Notes: a model not told the origin generated them from the sequence alone. A stretch of 64,000 nt of DNA from an uncultured Desulfospira sp. (GCA_963663165.1 OY760175.1:1280001-1344000); one strand, 5' to 3'; positions 1 through 10,117 are shown, counted from the first letter of the stretch. Translations and numbers: made by a program.

Positions 1-1679
1 GAGGCCTCCAACAGCTGTTCATTGACCGTCTGGATCTTGTTCTCGTTTTCTTCAATGCTTTTTTCAAGCCTTTTGATTTTCTTTTGAAGGGGGGCAAGGG
101 CTTTGGACCGCTGGGCCACAATGGCGGATTTCTGCCGGCGCAGCTTTTTCTTGTTGGGACCGGACGGCTTGGCTTTTTTGCTGCAGGGCAGCTCTTCTTC
201 CTCCCACCCCTCTTTTTCAAGAAACTCCTGGTAAGTTCCCTCAAACAGGCTGATGCCGTCGGTTTTAAACACCACAAGCCTGGTGGCCAGGGCATGAAGA
301 AACAGTTCGTTATGGGTGACCAGGATAACGGCTCCGCCAAAATCGGCCAGGGCTGCGGCCAAAGAATCACAGGCCTCAATATCCAGGTGGTTGGTGGGCT
401 CGTCCAACAGCAGCAGATTTAAGGGGGACAAAAGCAGTTTGCCCAGCATGACCCTTGATTTTTCCCCGCCGGAAAGAACGCTGATTTTTTTTAAGGCCGC
501 ATCCTGTTCAAACATCATGGCCCCGCAGACGTTTCTGGCCTTTTGCCGGTCAAAGTCAGGATGGGCGTTGATCAACTCATCTTCCACAGTAAAGGTATCG
601 TTCAGGGTCTGGATGTTGGTCTGCTCAAAATACCCCATGCAAACCCCCGGGTTTAATTTAACACTGCCGGTTTTCTGTTGGAGATTGGCGCTCAACAGCT
701 TGAGCAGCGTGGTTTTGCCCCGGCCGTTTTTCCCGATAATGGCCACCCGGTCCTGGGGGTAGACGGTCATGGAAAAATCTTTGATCAGTTCATTTTTCTT
801 GTCCCAGGAAAAGGACAGGTCTTCAACAGCCATCACCTGCTTTCCGGCAAAGGGCAGATGGTTAAAGGAAAATTCCAGGCTTTTGATATGCTCAAGCTTG
901 TCCTTGGTCTTGGTTTTTTCCAATGTCTTGATCCTTGACTGAACCATGTTGGCCAGCCTTGCCTTGGCCCGGAACCGGGTGATAAAGGTCTCGATTTCCT
1001 TGATTCGTTTTTCCTCGTTCTGCCGGGTTTTTTCGTAGACCTCTTCGTCCTGGGCCACCTGAAGGTAATATTTTTCGGTATTGCCCTGAATTTTCCGGAT
1101 TTTCTGCCGGTGGACCCCGGCGATATGGGTGACCACATTGTCCATAAACCCCCGGTCATGGGTGACCAACAGCACCTCTCGCGGCCATGAAATCAGAAAG
1201 CCTGTGATCCAGCGGATAGAGGTAATATCCAGATAGTTGGTGGGCTCGTCCAGGATCAGCAGATCCGGGTCCGACACCAGGACCTTGGAAAGGTTCAGCC
1301 GGACCTGATACCCGCCTGAAAACAGGGCCGGGGACTTTTTCATGTCTGAAACACTGAACCCTAAGCCGGCCAGGATTTTTTCCGCTTTCCAATAGTGATC
1401 TGCCTCGTGGGCAGGAAGCCCGAGCATGGCCTCATCAAGCACCGTATCTTTGGAAAACTTGATTTTCTGGGACAGCATCCCGATCCGGTAGTTTGACGGA
1501 CAGATGATTTTCCCCTGATCCGGGTGATCGGTCCCGGCTATCATATTCAAAAGGGTGGTTTTTCCGTGGCCGTTTCTTCCCACAAGCCCCACCCGCTCTC
1601 CCGGGTTGATCTGAAACCCGGTGTTGTCAAACAAAATCTGGTCTCCAAACCCTTTGGATATGGACTCAATGTTGAGCAT
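1..1679 (-). CDS. ABC-F family ATP-binding protein (3' end runs off window)
   Basis: Not in the ORF track. Manual translation from ATG 1679 gives MLNIESISKGFGDQILFDNTGFQINPGERVGLVGRNGHGKTT (Walker A), then FSGGYQVRLNL, LILDEPTNYLD, a second Walker A GKNGRGKT and a second LILDEPTNHLD. No TM segments. Confidence 0.9.
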   Translation of the reverse strand, partial: MLNIESISKGFGDQILFDNTGFQINPGERVGLVGRNGHGKTTLLNMIAGTDHPDQGKIICPSNYRIGMLSQKIKFSKDTVLDEAMLGLPAHEADHYWKAEKILAGLGFSVSDMKKSPALFSGGYQVRLNLSKVLVSDPDLLILDEPTNYLDITSIRWITGFLISWPREVLLVTHDRGFMDNVVTHIAGVHRQKIRKIQGNTEKYYLQVAQDEEVYEKTRQNEEKRIKEIETFITRFRAKARLANMVQSRIKTLEKTKTKDKLEHIKSLEFSFNHLPFAGKQVMAVEDLSFSWDKKNELIKDFSMTVYPQDRVAIIGKNGRGKTTLLKLLSANLQQKTGSVKLNPGVCMGYFEQTNIQTLNDTFTVEDELINAHPDFDRQKARNVCGAMMFEQDAALKKISVLSGGEKSRVMLGKLLLSPLNLLLLDEPTNHLDIEACDSLAAALADFGGAVILVTHNELFLHALATRLVVFKTDGISLFEGTYQEFLEKEGWEEEELPCSKKAKPSGPNKKKLRRQKSAIVAQRSKALAPLQKKIKRLEKSIEENENKIQTVNEQLLEA

Positions 1680-1881
1680 TCATAAACACCTTTGTATCAT
1701 TTGTATCATTAACGGATTCCTAACTGTCCGTTATCGTTTTTTACGGTACAATATCACCCTGGAACTGATTTATAAACATAAGTTTTTTCTTGACTTGGAT
1801 TTTTAATTTTTTAATATTGAAAAATTGTTCAAAGTATTGTTCAGGACAACGCATGCAAACCGATATGACACAGGAACCAAC

Positions 1882-4602
1882 ATGACTAAATACATTTATG
1901 AATTCGGACCGGAAAGAACGGACGGTGATGCCTCCCAGAACAACCTTCTGGGGGGAAAAGGGGCCAACCTGGCTGAAATGGCAAAATTAGGGCTGCCGGT
2001 ACCTTCGGGCTTTACCATATCCACGGAATGCTGCAACCATTACTTTGAGCTGGGGGGCCGGTATCCGGACACCCTTCAAAAGGAAATTGACTCGGCCCTG
2101 GCCAATGTGGAAAAAGCCATGGGCATGGTGTTTGGCGATCCTGAAAATCCGTTGCTGGTCTCCTGCCGGTCCGGGGCAAGGTCTTCCATGCCCGGGATGA
2201 TGGAAACGGTACTCAATGTGGGGCTTTGTTCCAAAACCATTCCCGGGCTCATTGCCAAGACCGGGAACGAATGGTTTGTCTATGATGCCTACCGAAGGCT
2301 GATCATGATGTATTCGGATGTGGTCATGGAAAAGGCCGAGCAGATTGTGCCCAAAGACGGCATGGGAATCCGGCTTAATCTTGAAATGATGATGAACAAC
2401 CTTAAAAACGATAAAGGGTATGACAACGATACCGATATTTCCATAGAAGATCTAAAGTCCCTGTGTGACCGGTTCAAGAAAAAAATCAAAGAAAATTTAG
2501 GCCTTGATTTCCCCGATGATCCCCATGAACAGCTCATGGGCTCCATTGGGGCGGTGTTTAAATCCTGGAACGGGAAACGGGCCGTGTCCTACCGGCGCAT
2601 TGAGCATATCCCCGATTCCTGGGGCACAGCCGTTAATGTGCAGAGTATGGTCTTTGGCAACATGGGCAACACCTCGGCCACGGGTGTGGCCTTTACCCGG
2701 GACCCGGCCACCGGGGACAACAAGTTTTACGGCGAATGGCTGGTCAACGCCCAGGGCGAAGACGTGGTGGCCGGCATCCGGACCCCTAATCCGTTAAACA
2801 CGGACACCAAAACCCCCCAGAACAGCCACCTGGCTTCTTTAGAAGAATCCATGCCCGACATCTACCGGCAGCTGTTTGCCATCAGAAACCAGCTTGAAGC
2901 CCATTACAGTGACATGCAGGACATTGAGTTCACCATCCAGGAGGGCAAGCTTTACATGCTCCAGTGCCGGACCGGCAAACGGACCGCCACCGCTGCCCTG
3001 AACATGGCCATGGACATGTTCAAGGAGGGGATGATCGATGAACCCACCATGATCTGCCGCCTGGACCCCAAGGTGCTGGACGACATTCTCCACCCCATTG
3101 TGGACCCGGTTGAAGAAAAAACCGCCCCCAAAATTGCCGAAGGCCTGCCCGCAGGTCCCGGCGGTGCATTCGGCCAGATCGTGTTCACCGCTGAAGATGC
3201 GGTCCAGTGGACCAAAACCGGCAAAAAAGTCATTCTCATCAGAGAAGAAACCAACCCCGAAGATATTGAAGGCATGCGCGCCGCATCGGCCATTCTCACG
3301 GCCAGGGGCGGCATGACCAGCCATGCGGCCTTAGTGGCCCGGGGCTGGGGAAAATGCTGCATCGTGGGGGCCGGGGCCCTTAAAATCGACATGGAAACCC
3401 GGCAGGTTAAGGCCGGCACAAAAGTGTTCAGCGAGGGGGATGTGTTCACCCTGAACGGCACCAAAGGCATGGTCTATGAAGGGCAGCTGAACATGAAAAG
3501 CGCCTCTGAGAACCAGCGGTTCAAGGAATTTATGGCCATTGCCGACAAGTACCGGAAAATGAAGGTCAGAACCAATGCCGACACCCCGAAAGATGCCAAA
3601 ACCGCCCTTTCTTTCGGTGCCCAGGGCATCGGCCTTTTCAGGACCGAGCATATGTTTTACGGGGCCGATTCCGACCAGCCCTTATTTCTGCTCCGGAAAA
3701 TGATCTTGAGCCGGTCCACGGATGAACGGCAGCAGGCGTTAGATGAACTGTTTCCCTTTGTCAAACAGGAAGTCTACAATACCCTGAAGGTCATGGAAGG
3801 CCTTCCGGTCACCTTACGGCTCTTAGACCCGCCCCTTCACGAGTTTGTGCCCCAGTCCGACAAGAACCGGGCGGAAATTGCCAAAGCCCTGCACATTGAT
3901 GTTGAGGAGGTGGCCCGGCGCTCCGAATTATTAAAAGAGTCCAACCCCATGATCGGCCACCGGGGCGTCCGGTTGGGCATCACCTTTCCGGAAATTACCC
4001 GGATGCAGGTAAAGGCCATTTTTGAAGCCGCAGCCCAATTGACCAGTGAAGGCAGCCGTCCCGAGCCTGAAATCATGGTGCCGGTCACCTGCAATGAAAA
4101 GGAACTGACCTTTACCCGGGAAATCGTCCTGGCCTGCCACCGGGAGGTGATGGAAAAATTTAACTTAGACGCCCTGCCCTACATGTTCGGCACCATGATC
4201 GAAATCCCGAGAGCCGCCCTGATTGCCGACAAAATGGCCCAGACCGCAGAGTTCTTCTCTTTTGGCACCAACGACTTGACCCAGATGTCCTTTGGGTTTT
4301 CAAGGGATGACATCGGCTCGTTCATGAACGACTATATTGACAACGCCATCCTAAGTGCCGACCCCTTTGAAACCCTGGACCAGGAAGCCGTGGGCTCTTT
4401 GATTGAAATCGCTGCAGAACGGGGCCGGAAAACAAGGCCTGAGATCAAGCTTGGCATCTGCGGCGAACACGGCGGCGATCCGGCCTCTGTGGAGTTCTGC
4501 CACAGGACCGGCCTAAGCTATGTGTCCTGCTCCCCTTACCGGGTGCCCATTGCCCGGCTTGCTGCGGCCCAGGCGGCCATTAAGGAAACCGCGGGGAAAT
4601 AG
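1882..4602 (+). CDS. ppdK: Pyruvate phosphate dikinase
   Basis: Motifs GGKGANLAEM, PLLVSCRSGA, GGMTSHAA (phospho-His), GIGLFRTEHMF, FSFGTNDLTQ and GICGEHGG. ATG 1882 follows AGGA. Confidence 0.97.
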   Translation: MTKYIYEFGPERTDGDASQNNLLGGKGANLAEMAKLGLPVPSGFTISTECCNHYFELGGRYPDTLQKEIDSALANVEKAMGMVFGDPENPLLVSCRSGARSSMPGMMETVLNVGLCSKTIPGLIAKTGNEWFVYDAYRRLIMMYSDVVMEKAEQIVPKDGMGIRLNLEMMMNNLKNDKGYDNDTDISIEDLKSLCDRFKKKIKENLGLDFPDDPHEQLMGSIGAVFKSWNGKRAVSYRRIEHIPDSWGTAVNVQSMVFGNMGNTSATGVAFTRDPATGDNKFYGEWLVNAQGEDVVAGIRTPNPLNTDTKTPQNSHLASLEESMPDIYRQLFAIRNQLEAHYSDMQDIEFTIQEGKLYMLQCRTGKRTATAALNMAMDMFKEGMIDEPTMICRLDPKVLDDILHPIVDPVEEKTAPKIAEGLPAGPGGAFGQIVFTAEDAVQWTKTGKKVILIREETNPEDIEGMRAASAILTARGGMTSHAALVARGWGKCCIVGAGALKIDMETRQVKAGTKVFSEGDVFTLNGTKGMVYEGQLNMKSASENQRFKEFMAIADKYRKMKVRTNADTPKDAKTALSFGAQGIGLFRTEHMFYGADSDQPLFLLRKMILSRSTDERQQALDELFPFVKQEVYNTLKVMEGLPVTLRLLDPPLHEFVPQSDKNRAEIAKALHIDVEEVARRSELLKESNPMIGHRGVRLGITFPEITRMQVKAIFEAAAQLTSEGSRPEPEIMVPVTCNEKELTFTREIVLACHREVMEKFNLDALPYMFGTMIEIPRAALIADKMAQTAEFFSFGTNDLTQMSFGFSRDDIGSFMNDYIDNAILSADPFETLDQEAVGSLIEIAAERGRKTRPEIKLGICGEHGGDPASVEFCHRTGLSYVSCSPYRVPIARLAAAQAAIKETAGK

Positions 4603-4648
4603 GAATAGGGGTAAGACAGGAGACGGAAGACAGGAGACCGAAAGCTCA

Positions 4649-4779
4649 AGGGTGGGCACGCTGTTTGTGCCCATCGGATGCTGCCATAACATTTGATTTA
4701 TCGTTAAAGAACAACATATTATATGGTCAGTGGTGGGCAACGCTACGCTGCTGCGCTGCTGCGCTTTTGTCCACCCTAC
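4649..4779. repeat. Inverted pair of GTAG-type REP-like palindromes (REPIN/BIME-like)
   Basis: AGGGTGGGCAC-gctgttt-GTGCCCATC and an oppositely oriented unit ending GTCCACCCTAC. A homologous copy lies at 59158-59231. Confidence 0.7.
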
Positions 4780-4785
4780 CGAGCT

Positions 4786-4860
4786 GACCGGAAACCGGAA
4801 AAAGGGAGACCGGAATGCGAAACCCCTAAGGATGCGCGATCCGGTCTCCTTTTCTCCGAT
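4786..4860. repeat. Heptamer (GGAGACC-type) inverted repeat element, family C
   Basis: Core GGGAGACCGGAATGCGAAACCCCTAAGGATGCGCGATCCGGTCTCC differs by 2 nt from the reverse complement of 45050-45096. Confidence 0.8.
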
Positions 4861-4942
4861 TTTCTTTTTTTACATTAAATTTACCAACAATATCCGAATA
4901 TCATACCGGATTATAACTGCAGTTAGCCTACCAGACTTAAGT

Positions 4943-5986
4943 TCAGACATTCTGGCCAAAACATTCTATCATTTGGAGATAATCCTGAATAAGGGCCTGG
5001 GGCTTTTCCTGATCCGGCTGATCGATAAATTGAACCCCGGCAATGATTCGCTCTTCTTTTATTTTTGCGCTTTTTACTTTGCCCAGAAAATGGATTTCAT
5101 CTTTAAACCCGGGAAATGCGCACTTGAACGGAACAACGGCATTGACCAGGCTGTCCGGAATGTTTTCTTGAATTGAAAAGATCGGAATGCTGCACCGGCA
5201 CCCGCCCTTTCCGATATTTTCTAGGGTTCCGGTTATTTTTTTCCCATTCACCTGCATTTGAATGCCGATGCTGCATTTATACCGTTTATCGGATCGAAGC
5301 TCATGTTGCTCGATTTTCCGGGGATATTCGATAAACATCAGTTTCATTGGCTTGGAAATAATGTCCACAAGCTTTGATCGAAAGGCGTAAATGGTCCCCT
5401 TAACAATGGATTTTATGATCAAATCCTTTACTTTGAAAAGATCATGATCAACCTTTGCAAACATGGCCGGTGTTTTAAGCAGAAGGTATCTGCCCGGTTC
5501 CATTCCGACAAGGGTGCTCTGTAAAGGGGCGGCCATGCCGTCAAAACTGATAAAGAGCCTGGCACCGATTTCCATGTGCAGATCTTCATTTGCAGTTGTC
5601 CGGACCAGCTCTTTTTCAGGGAGCGGTCCGGATGGATGTCCGTTATCTGGTGGCGGGGGGAGCTGTTTAATTTCATCATAGTGCTGGGCACTATCCATTA
5701 ATATATCCATCAGGGAAAGATTGATAACGTTTTCTGTCCTTGAGTCGTTTTTGCCCACCTCAATGACAACGTCGTCCCAGGAAAGGATTTCATAAAGGGC
5801 CTGGACATTCTCTGAACGGGTTGTGGCCCCATCAACAATAACGCCGTTGAGAAAGAAAATTCTGCCAAAGTTGTTGCGGGTAAATACTTTCAGGGTACAG
5901 GTTTTTTCTTCGGTCTCCATCATCTGGAGAAAAGACGTCAGGCTTATTCCCGTAATTTGACCGCTGACTGGAGAAGAATACATCAT
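4943..5986 (-). CDS. DUF4388 domain + flagellar-brake/PilZ-type c-di-GMP effector
   Basis: The N-terminus GQITGISLTSFLQMMETEEKTCTL...GRIFFLNG is DUF4388-like. The C-terminus has a PilZN-like region, RSDKR (RxxxR) and NIGKGG. Confidence 0.75.
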   Translation of the reverse strand: MMYSSPVSGQITGISLTSFLQMMETEEKTCTLKVFTRNNFGRIFFLNGVIVDGATTRSENVQALYEILSWDDVVIEVGKNDSRTENVINLSLMDILMDSAQHYDEIKQLPPPPDNGHPSGPLPEKELVRTTANEDLHMEIGARLFISFDGMAAPLQSTLVGMEPGRYLLLKTPAMFAKVDHDLFKVKDLIIKSIVKGTIYAFRSKLVDIISKPMKLMFIEYPRKIEQHELRSDKRYKCSIGIQMQVNGKKITGTLENIGKGGCRCSIPIFSIQENIPDSLVNAVVPFKCAFPGFKDEIHFLGKVKSAKIKEERIIAGVQFIDQPDQEKPQALIQDYLQMIECFGQNV

Positions 5987-6075
5987 TTTGCTTCTTTGCC
6001 CAAACGAGTTCTTAAGTTCTGTTGATGATACGTTAATTCTTTTTGCAGCACTTGCAAACGGGATCTTAAAAAAAA

Positions 6076-6129
6076 ATGGGGCTGGGCTCTTGAATCAAGG
6101 GCGCCCTTGATTCAAGAGCCCAGCCCCAT
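6076..6129. repeat. Perfect 54-bp palindrome
   Basis: ATGGGGCTGGGCTCTTGAATCAAGGGCGCCCTTGATTCAAGAGCCCAGCCCCAT equals its own reverse complement. It is followed by a T-run on the minus strand downstream of the GNAT gene, so it may act as a terminator. Confidence 0.9.
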
Positions 6130-6169
6130 GACCATCTATATTGACACATTTTTTTTTTGAGAGCCCCGT

Positions 6170-6661
6170 TTACTGGCCGAGCCGTTTAACCATCACAAAA
6201 GCATCCACAAACCCCAGCCGGCTGTGCCGGTAAGCCCCCGGCAGGGTTCCCGCAATCTCAAACCCGTTTTTCTTCCAGAGCCGGACCGCCCCTGTATTGG
6301 TGGAGACCACCAGGTTGAACTGCATGGCCTTAAATTTTCGGGATACGGCTTCCTGTTGGGAGTGTTCGCACATTTTAGATGCAATGCCGCTGTTCCTGGC
6401 CTCAGTTGAAACAATATATCCGCAGTTGCAGACATGGCTTCCCGGCCCCGGGTGGTTGGGTTTGATATAGTATGTGCCCAGAATTTTGTGTTCGGTATCT
6501 TCTGCCACAAAAGTCGCCTGTGGCGTTTCTATCCATGCTTTCCTGGCGCCTTTTTCATCGATATCCACGGGATAGGCATAAGTTTCACCGGCCCGGAAAA
6601 CCGGTTTAATCATTTCCCAGACCGACGGCCAGTCCTTGTCTTCAAATAAACGAATATTCAT
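6170..6661 (-). CDS. GNAT family N-acetyltransferase
   Basis: GSHVCNCGYIVSTEARNSGIA acetyl-CoA motif and MQFNLVVSTNTGAVRLW. Confidence 0.9.
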   Translation of the reverse strand: MNIRLFEDKDWPSVWEMIKPVFRAGETYAYPVDIDEKGARKAWIETPQATFVAEDTEHKILGTYYIKPNHPGPGSHVCNCGYIVSTEARNSGIASKMCEHSQQEAVSRKFKAMQFNLVVSTNTGAVRLWKKNGFEIAGTLPGAYRHSRLGFVDAFVMVKRLGQ

Positions 6662-6876
6662 ATAACCTGCTTGTTTTGTTGGTTGTCACCGGACTTGCCC
6701 CTCAATAGTATAATTTGGTGCAAAATGCCAGGCGAAAACACGGTGAATTTGTTCTAACCACAAATCAACTAATTTTAGGCCCTTCGGATTGTTAAAAATC
6801 GGATCTATACGCTGCCCATCGGCATCGATCATAACCAATTGAATTCATGTCATAATTTTTTACACAGGAGATCAAA

Positions 6877-7353
6877 CTGATTCAAAGCGACCTGGACATC
6901 CAATGGATCCGGGCCCAGCACGGGGATACCATCCGCCTGATTCCGGTGGACCATGTGCTGGTGTTTAAATCCGCCGGCAAATACACCCGGGTCATCACGG
7001 CGGACAAAGAATCGATTATCCGCAAAACCATCCGGGAACTTGAAACCGAACTGGACCCGGAAAAGTTCTGGAAAATCCACCGGGACAGCATTGTCAACGT
7101 ATCCTGCATCGGGAAGGTCAGTAAATCTCTGACCGGCAAATCAATGTCATTAACTTAAGCGTTAATACAAGAAACTGGAAACAAGAGACAAGAGGGTGAA
7201 GCGCCGTTGGCGCCCATTTTATAACCCCTGCGCGCTATGCCAAATTTCTTAAATTAATGGCATTGACCGGCAAATATGTCCTTAAAATGAACGGGCTTGA
7301 CGAGCCCCTGATGGTCTCCCGCTCTTACCCCCATCTGTTTAAACAGAATGTAG
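6877..7353 (+). pseudogene. LytTR DNA-binding domain gene interrupted by a MITE
   Basis: QWIRAQHGDTIRLIPVDHV...KYTRV...FWKIHRDSIVN...SLTGK resumes after the insert as YVLKMNGLDEPLMVSRSYPHLFKQ. The start is uncertain. Confidence 0.8.
7142..7265. mobile_element. 124-bp MITE with IS4-like terminal inverted repeats
   Basis: TIRs CAATGTCATTAACTTAAG / CTTAAATTAATGGCATTG match at 16/18. A 10-bp target duplication ACCGGCAAAT is at 7132-7141 and 7266-7275. Confidence 0.88.
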
Positions 7354-7415
7354 TCACCGGCGTTGCCCGTACCGCCTTAATCCCAACAAAAACCCCTGAA
7401 AAATTGGCGGTTGAC

Positions 7416-8929
7416 CTATGAGCATCCTTCATCGGTTTCACCATCACAATCGTTATCCACATCATCGCAAATTTCCGCTGCTCCAGGGTGGATGGCGCTG
7501 TCTCGCCTTCGCATACCCCACTCCAGGCATTATCTGCGGTACAAGTTTCAATACCGGTCTGGCAGGCGCCTTCGTCACTACCGCATATTCGGGTCTCTCC
7601 GGCTTCACATTCTTGCGGAGGACTGCCGAAAACCGGTTCCCACTGGCTGGCACAGTTCTCCCGGATACAGTCAAAATCATATTCAGCCGGATTCTTCCGG
7701 ATCGGACAACTACTGTTCACCATACATTGTCCCAAAGCAATGGCTGCTGCCTGACAATCTGATGAGGCTTGAGAGGCAAAGCAGCCGGCAAGGCACAGAT
7801 CCATATCCAATGTGCATTCCGATACACAGGCCATTGAAAGATTAATATCTTCATCGCTGCACATGGAATTGATGCAATGGTTATCGACCTGGCCGTCGCA
7901 GTTGCTGTCACTGCCATTGCAGCGTTCCCCGAAATAGGGATTCACGGCAAAGGATGTATCATTGCAGTCATCCGCATTGGCCACATATCCTTCCCGTTCC
8001 TGGCAAAGCCCAAGGGATACGGCCGGGTCTCCGGCACCGTCGCCATCCGTGTCTGCATACCAGACCGGTGAACCGGACACATTGTCATCCACGATACCAT
8101 TGCAGTCATTGTCCAAATCGTCGCATATTTCCGTTTCCGGCGTCACCTCTCCGACACAAGGGCCAAACCCGGTACCGTATTCATTGCAGGTCCGGATACC
8201 GGATGTACAGGCCGCCACCCCCATGGTTCCCGAAGGGCCGGTGTAACACTGCAGGAAATCTCCCTCATGGCATGCCGGGGCTGCCGGGGTGCCGCATACC
8301 CATCCGGATGCCGCTTGAACCAGAATTTCTCCTTCCTGGCAGAAACTGGCCAGTTTATCAGGGGTAATCGTCCGGTCGGCTAAAATTTCCCCAGTGACCG
8401 ATTGCTCGGCCAGATCATCTGTGCGGATGCTGTTGTCCACAATCATGTCCGAATGGATGACATTGGTCTCATCAATGTTGATATAGGTTGCGTTCAGGTC
8501 TGTGACCGTCAGACCGCTCAACTGATCGGCATTGCCGGCTTTCAGTGCAAATGCGGTGGAGACAATGGCCTGGCGGGGTGTCATGGGGGCTTCTTCATCC
8601 GCCGCCTGTACTTCCAGCCACAGCTCATCACCGGACAGAATGGCCTCCATTAATGTGCCATAGGCGGCATTGAGTTCGCCGTCCCCCAGAATGATGCTGA
8701 ATATGCCCTTATCAACAGCCACCTCCTGGGTTTCTTCCCAAAGGGGGGTGCCGCCATTGGCCATATCAAACAGCCGGAACGTCATCCCCACAGGGCCGGT
8801 AACCAGTTTATCCGTATTCCGGAGTACCCCTTGAAAGCCAATCCGAACCGGAACGGCATGACTGGTGGCAAACATAAAAAACAGAAGACAAAATACAAAA
8901 AGTGATAACCTCGGGATATGATATCTCAT
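7416..8929 (-). pseudogene. Secreted Cys-rich protein with MopE-like putative metal-binding repeats; frameshifted near the 3' end
   Basis: Signal peptide and EICDDLDNDCNGIVDD / DCNDT...ERCNGSDSNCDGQVD repeats. The last repeat AIHPGAAEICDDVDNDCDGETDEGCS* is in a different frame (stop 7416-7418). Confidence 0.7.
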
Positions 8930-9454
8930 AGATCACTCCTCGCAAGCTAATTTATAATTTGTCTTCAAGATTAGGACATTACCATAAAACAGGGGGTTTC
9001 TTTTTGTCAATCAAACAATGACAGGAAAAAGTAAACAGAAGCGGGAAACATGGCCGCACCCGGCCAACCGCCGTGCGGTCGATTAGAAAATTTGAATTGG
9101 CAGGAATTGAATCCCCCTGGGTACAAGCAATACAGCTCGCCGGCTTGATGATTTAAAACGTGTAGCCGTACAGGAAAGGTCCGGGGGGGAGGGGGGGGCA
9201 AGCGAAAAGAACTTGGGCGAAAGGTAGTCTTCACCTCAAACCCTTGATTCAATATTTCATATTTTCGATCCAGGTCACCAATAACAAAATTAGTCACGCC
9301 TTTACTGGCAAGGGCTAAACGCCACATAACAGATAAAGTCAACGGTCTTCTGTCCGGCATTGAAAGAGTTTTAATCATGTGAAGTTAAAAAGCTGTATAT
9401 TATATTAAAAGCTATGTATTATATATTGGTATAAAAAAATTTGAAGAGCCTGCC

Positions 9455-9691
9455 ATGCAAAGAAATACCAGTGTCACCTTGGGTGATCATTTTTTCGACT
9501 TTATCAAATCAAAAATTTCACAAGGCCGTTTTGATAATACAAGCGAAGCAGTTCGTGCGGGTTTGCGGCTTCTGGAAGTTGAGGAAACCAAGCTGGAAGC
9601 GTTACGCGCAAGACTGGCTGAAGGTGAAGCGCAGCTTGACAAAGGACAAGGGGTTGACGGCCAATCTTTTATGGATGAATTGATCGGCTGA
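9455..9691 (+). CDS. parD: ParD-family type II antitoxin (RHH)
   Basis: NTSVTLGDHF...GRFDNTSEAVRAGLRLLE...KLEALRARLAEGE is the typical ParD/CC2985 pattern. Confidence 0.88.
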   Translation: MQRNTSVTLGDHFFDFIKSKISQGRFDNTSEAVRAGLRLLEVEETKLEALRARLAEGEAQLDKGQGVDGQSFMDELIG

Positions 9692-9692
9692 C

Positions 9693-9828
9693 ATGAATCA
9701 ATATATTCTTTCTCTCAATGCGCAAAAGAGTTTGCGTGACATCAAAGCCTATTCACAGGGCAATATATGTTGAACATGAGGATGAGATAATGATTGAAGT
9801 CATAGAGGTGAATAAACATGAGTATTAA
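9693..9828 (+). pseudogene. Chimeric toxin remnant: ParE-like N-terminus joined to a RelE/HigB-like C-terminus
   Basis: 9693-9773 reads MNQYILSLNAQKSLRDIKAYS...*. 9757-9828, in another frame, reads RAIYVEHEDEIMIEVIEVNKHEY* and overlaps the next ATG. Confidence 0.65.
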
Positions 9829-10117
9829 AGAAACACTTTCCGCAAAATTGGAAAAAGAATATGGGCCTGTCACTTTTGGCCGTGCGCTCTGGCCGTATCG
9901 GAAGGGTGAAGAAATGACTCAGACCGAATTAGCACATACCTTGGGTATATCATCTTCAAGTCTCTGTGACTTAGAAAAAGGACGTACTATACCCACTGTT
10001 CGCCGAGCCGCTAAGCTTGCTAAACAGTTAGGCCAATCTGAGAAAATGTGGGTCCAGTTGGCTGTTCAGGATTCTTTTGACGACGCTGGATTGAATTATA
10101 GAATTTCTGTGGCATAA
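9818..10117 (+). CDS. XRE/HigA-like HTH antitoxin
   Basis: MTQTELAHTLGISSSSLCDLEKGR HTH, and RAAKLAKQLG...WVQLAVQD. Confidence 0.8.
   Translation: MSIKETLSAKLEKEYGPVTFGRALWPYRKGEEMTQTELAHTLGISSSSLCDLEKGRTIPTVRRAAKLAKQLGQSEKMWVQLAVQDSFDDAGLNYRISVA

Noticed and set aside
9007..9378. 123-aa minus-strand ORF, or an integron attC site near the TA genes
   Set aside because: No recognisable motif and the frame crosses a G-run. I could not find paired R''/R' boxes or an integrase.
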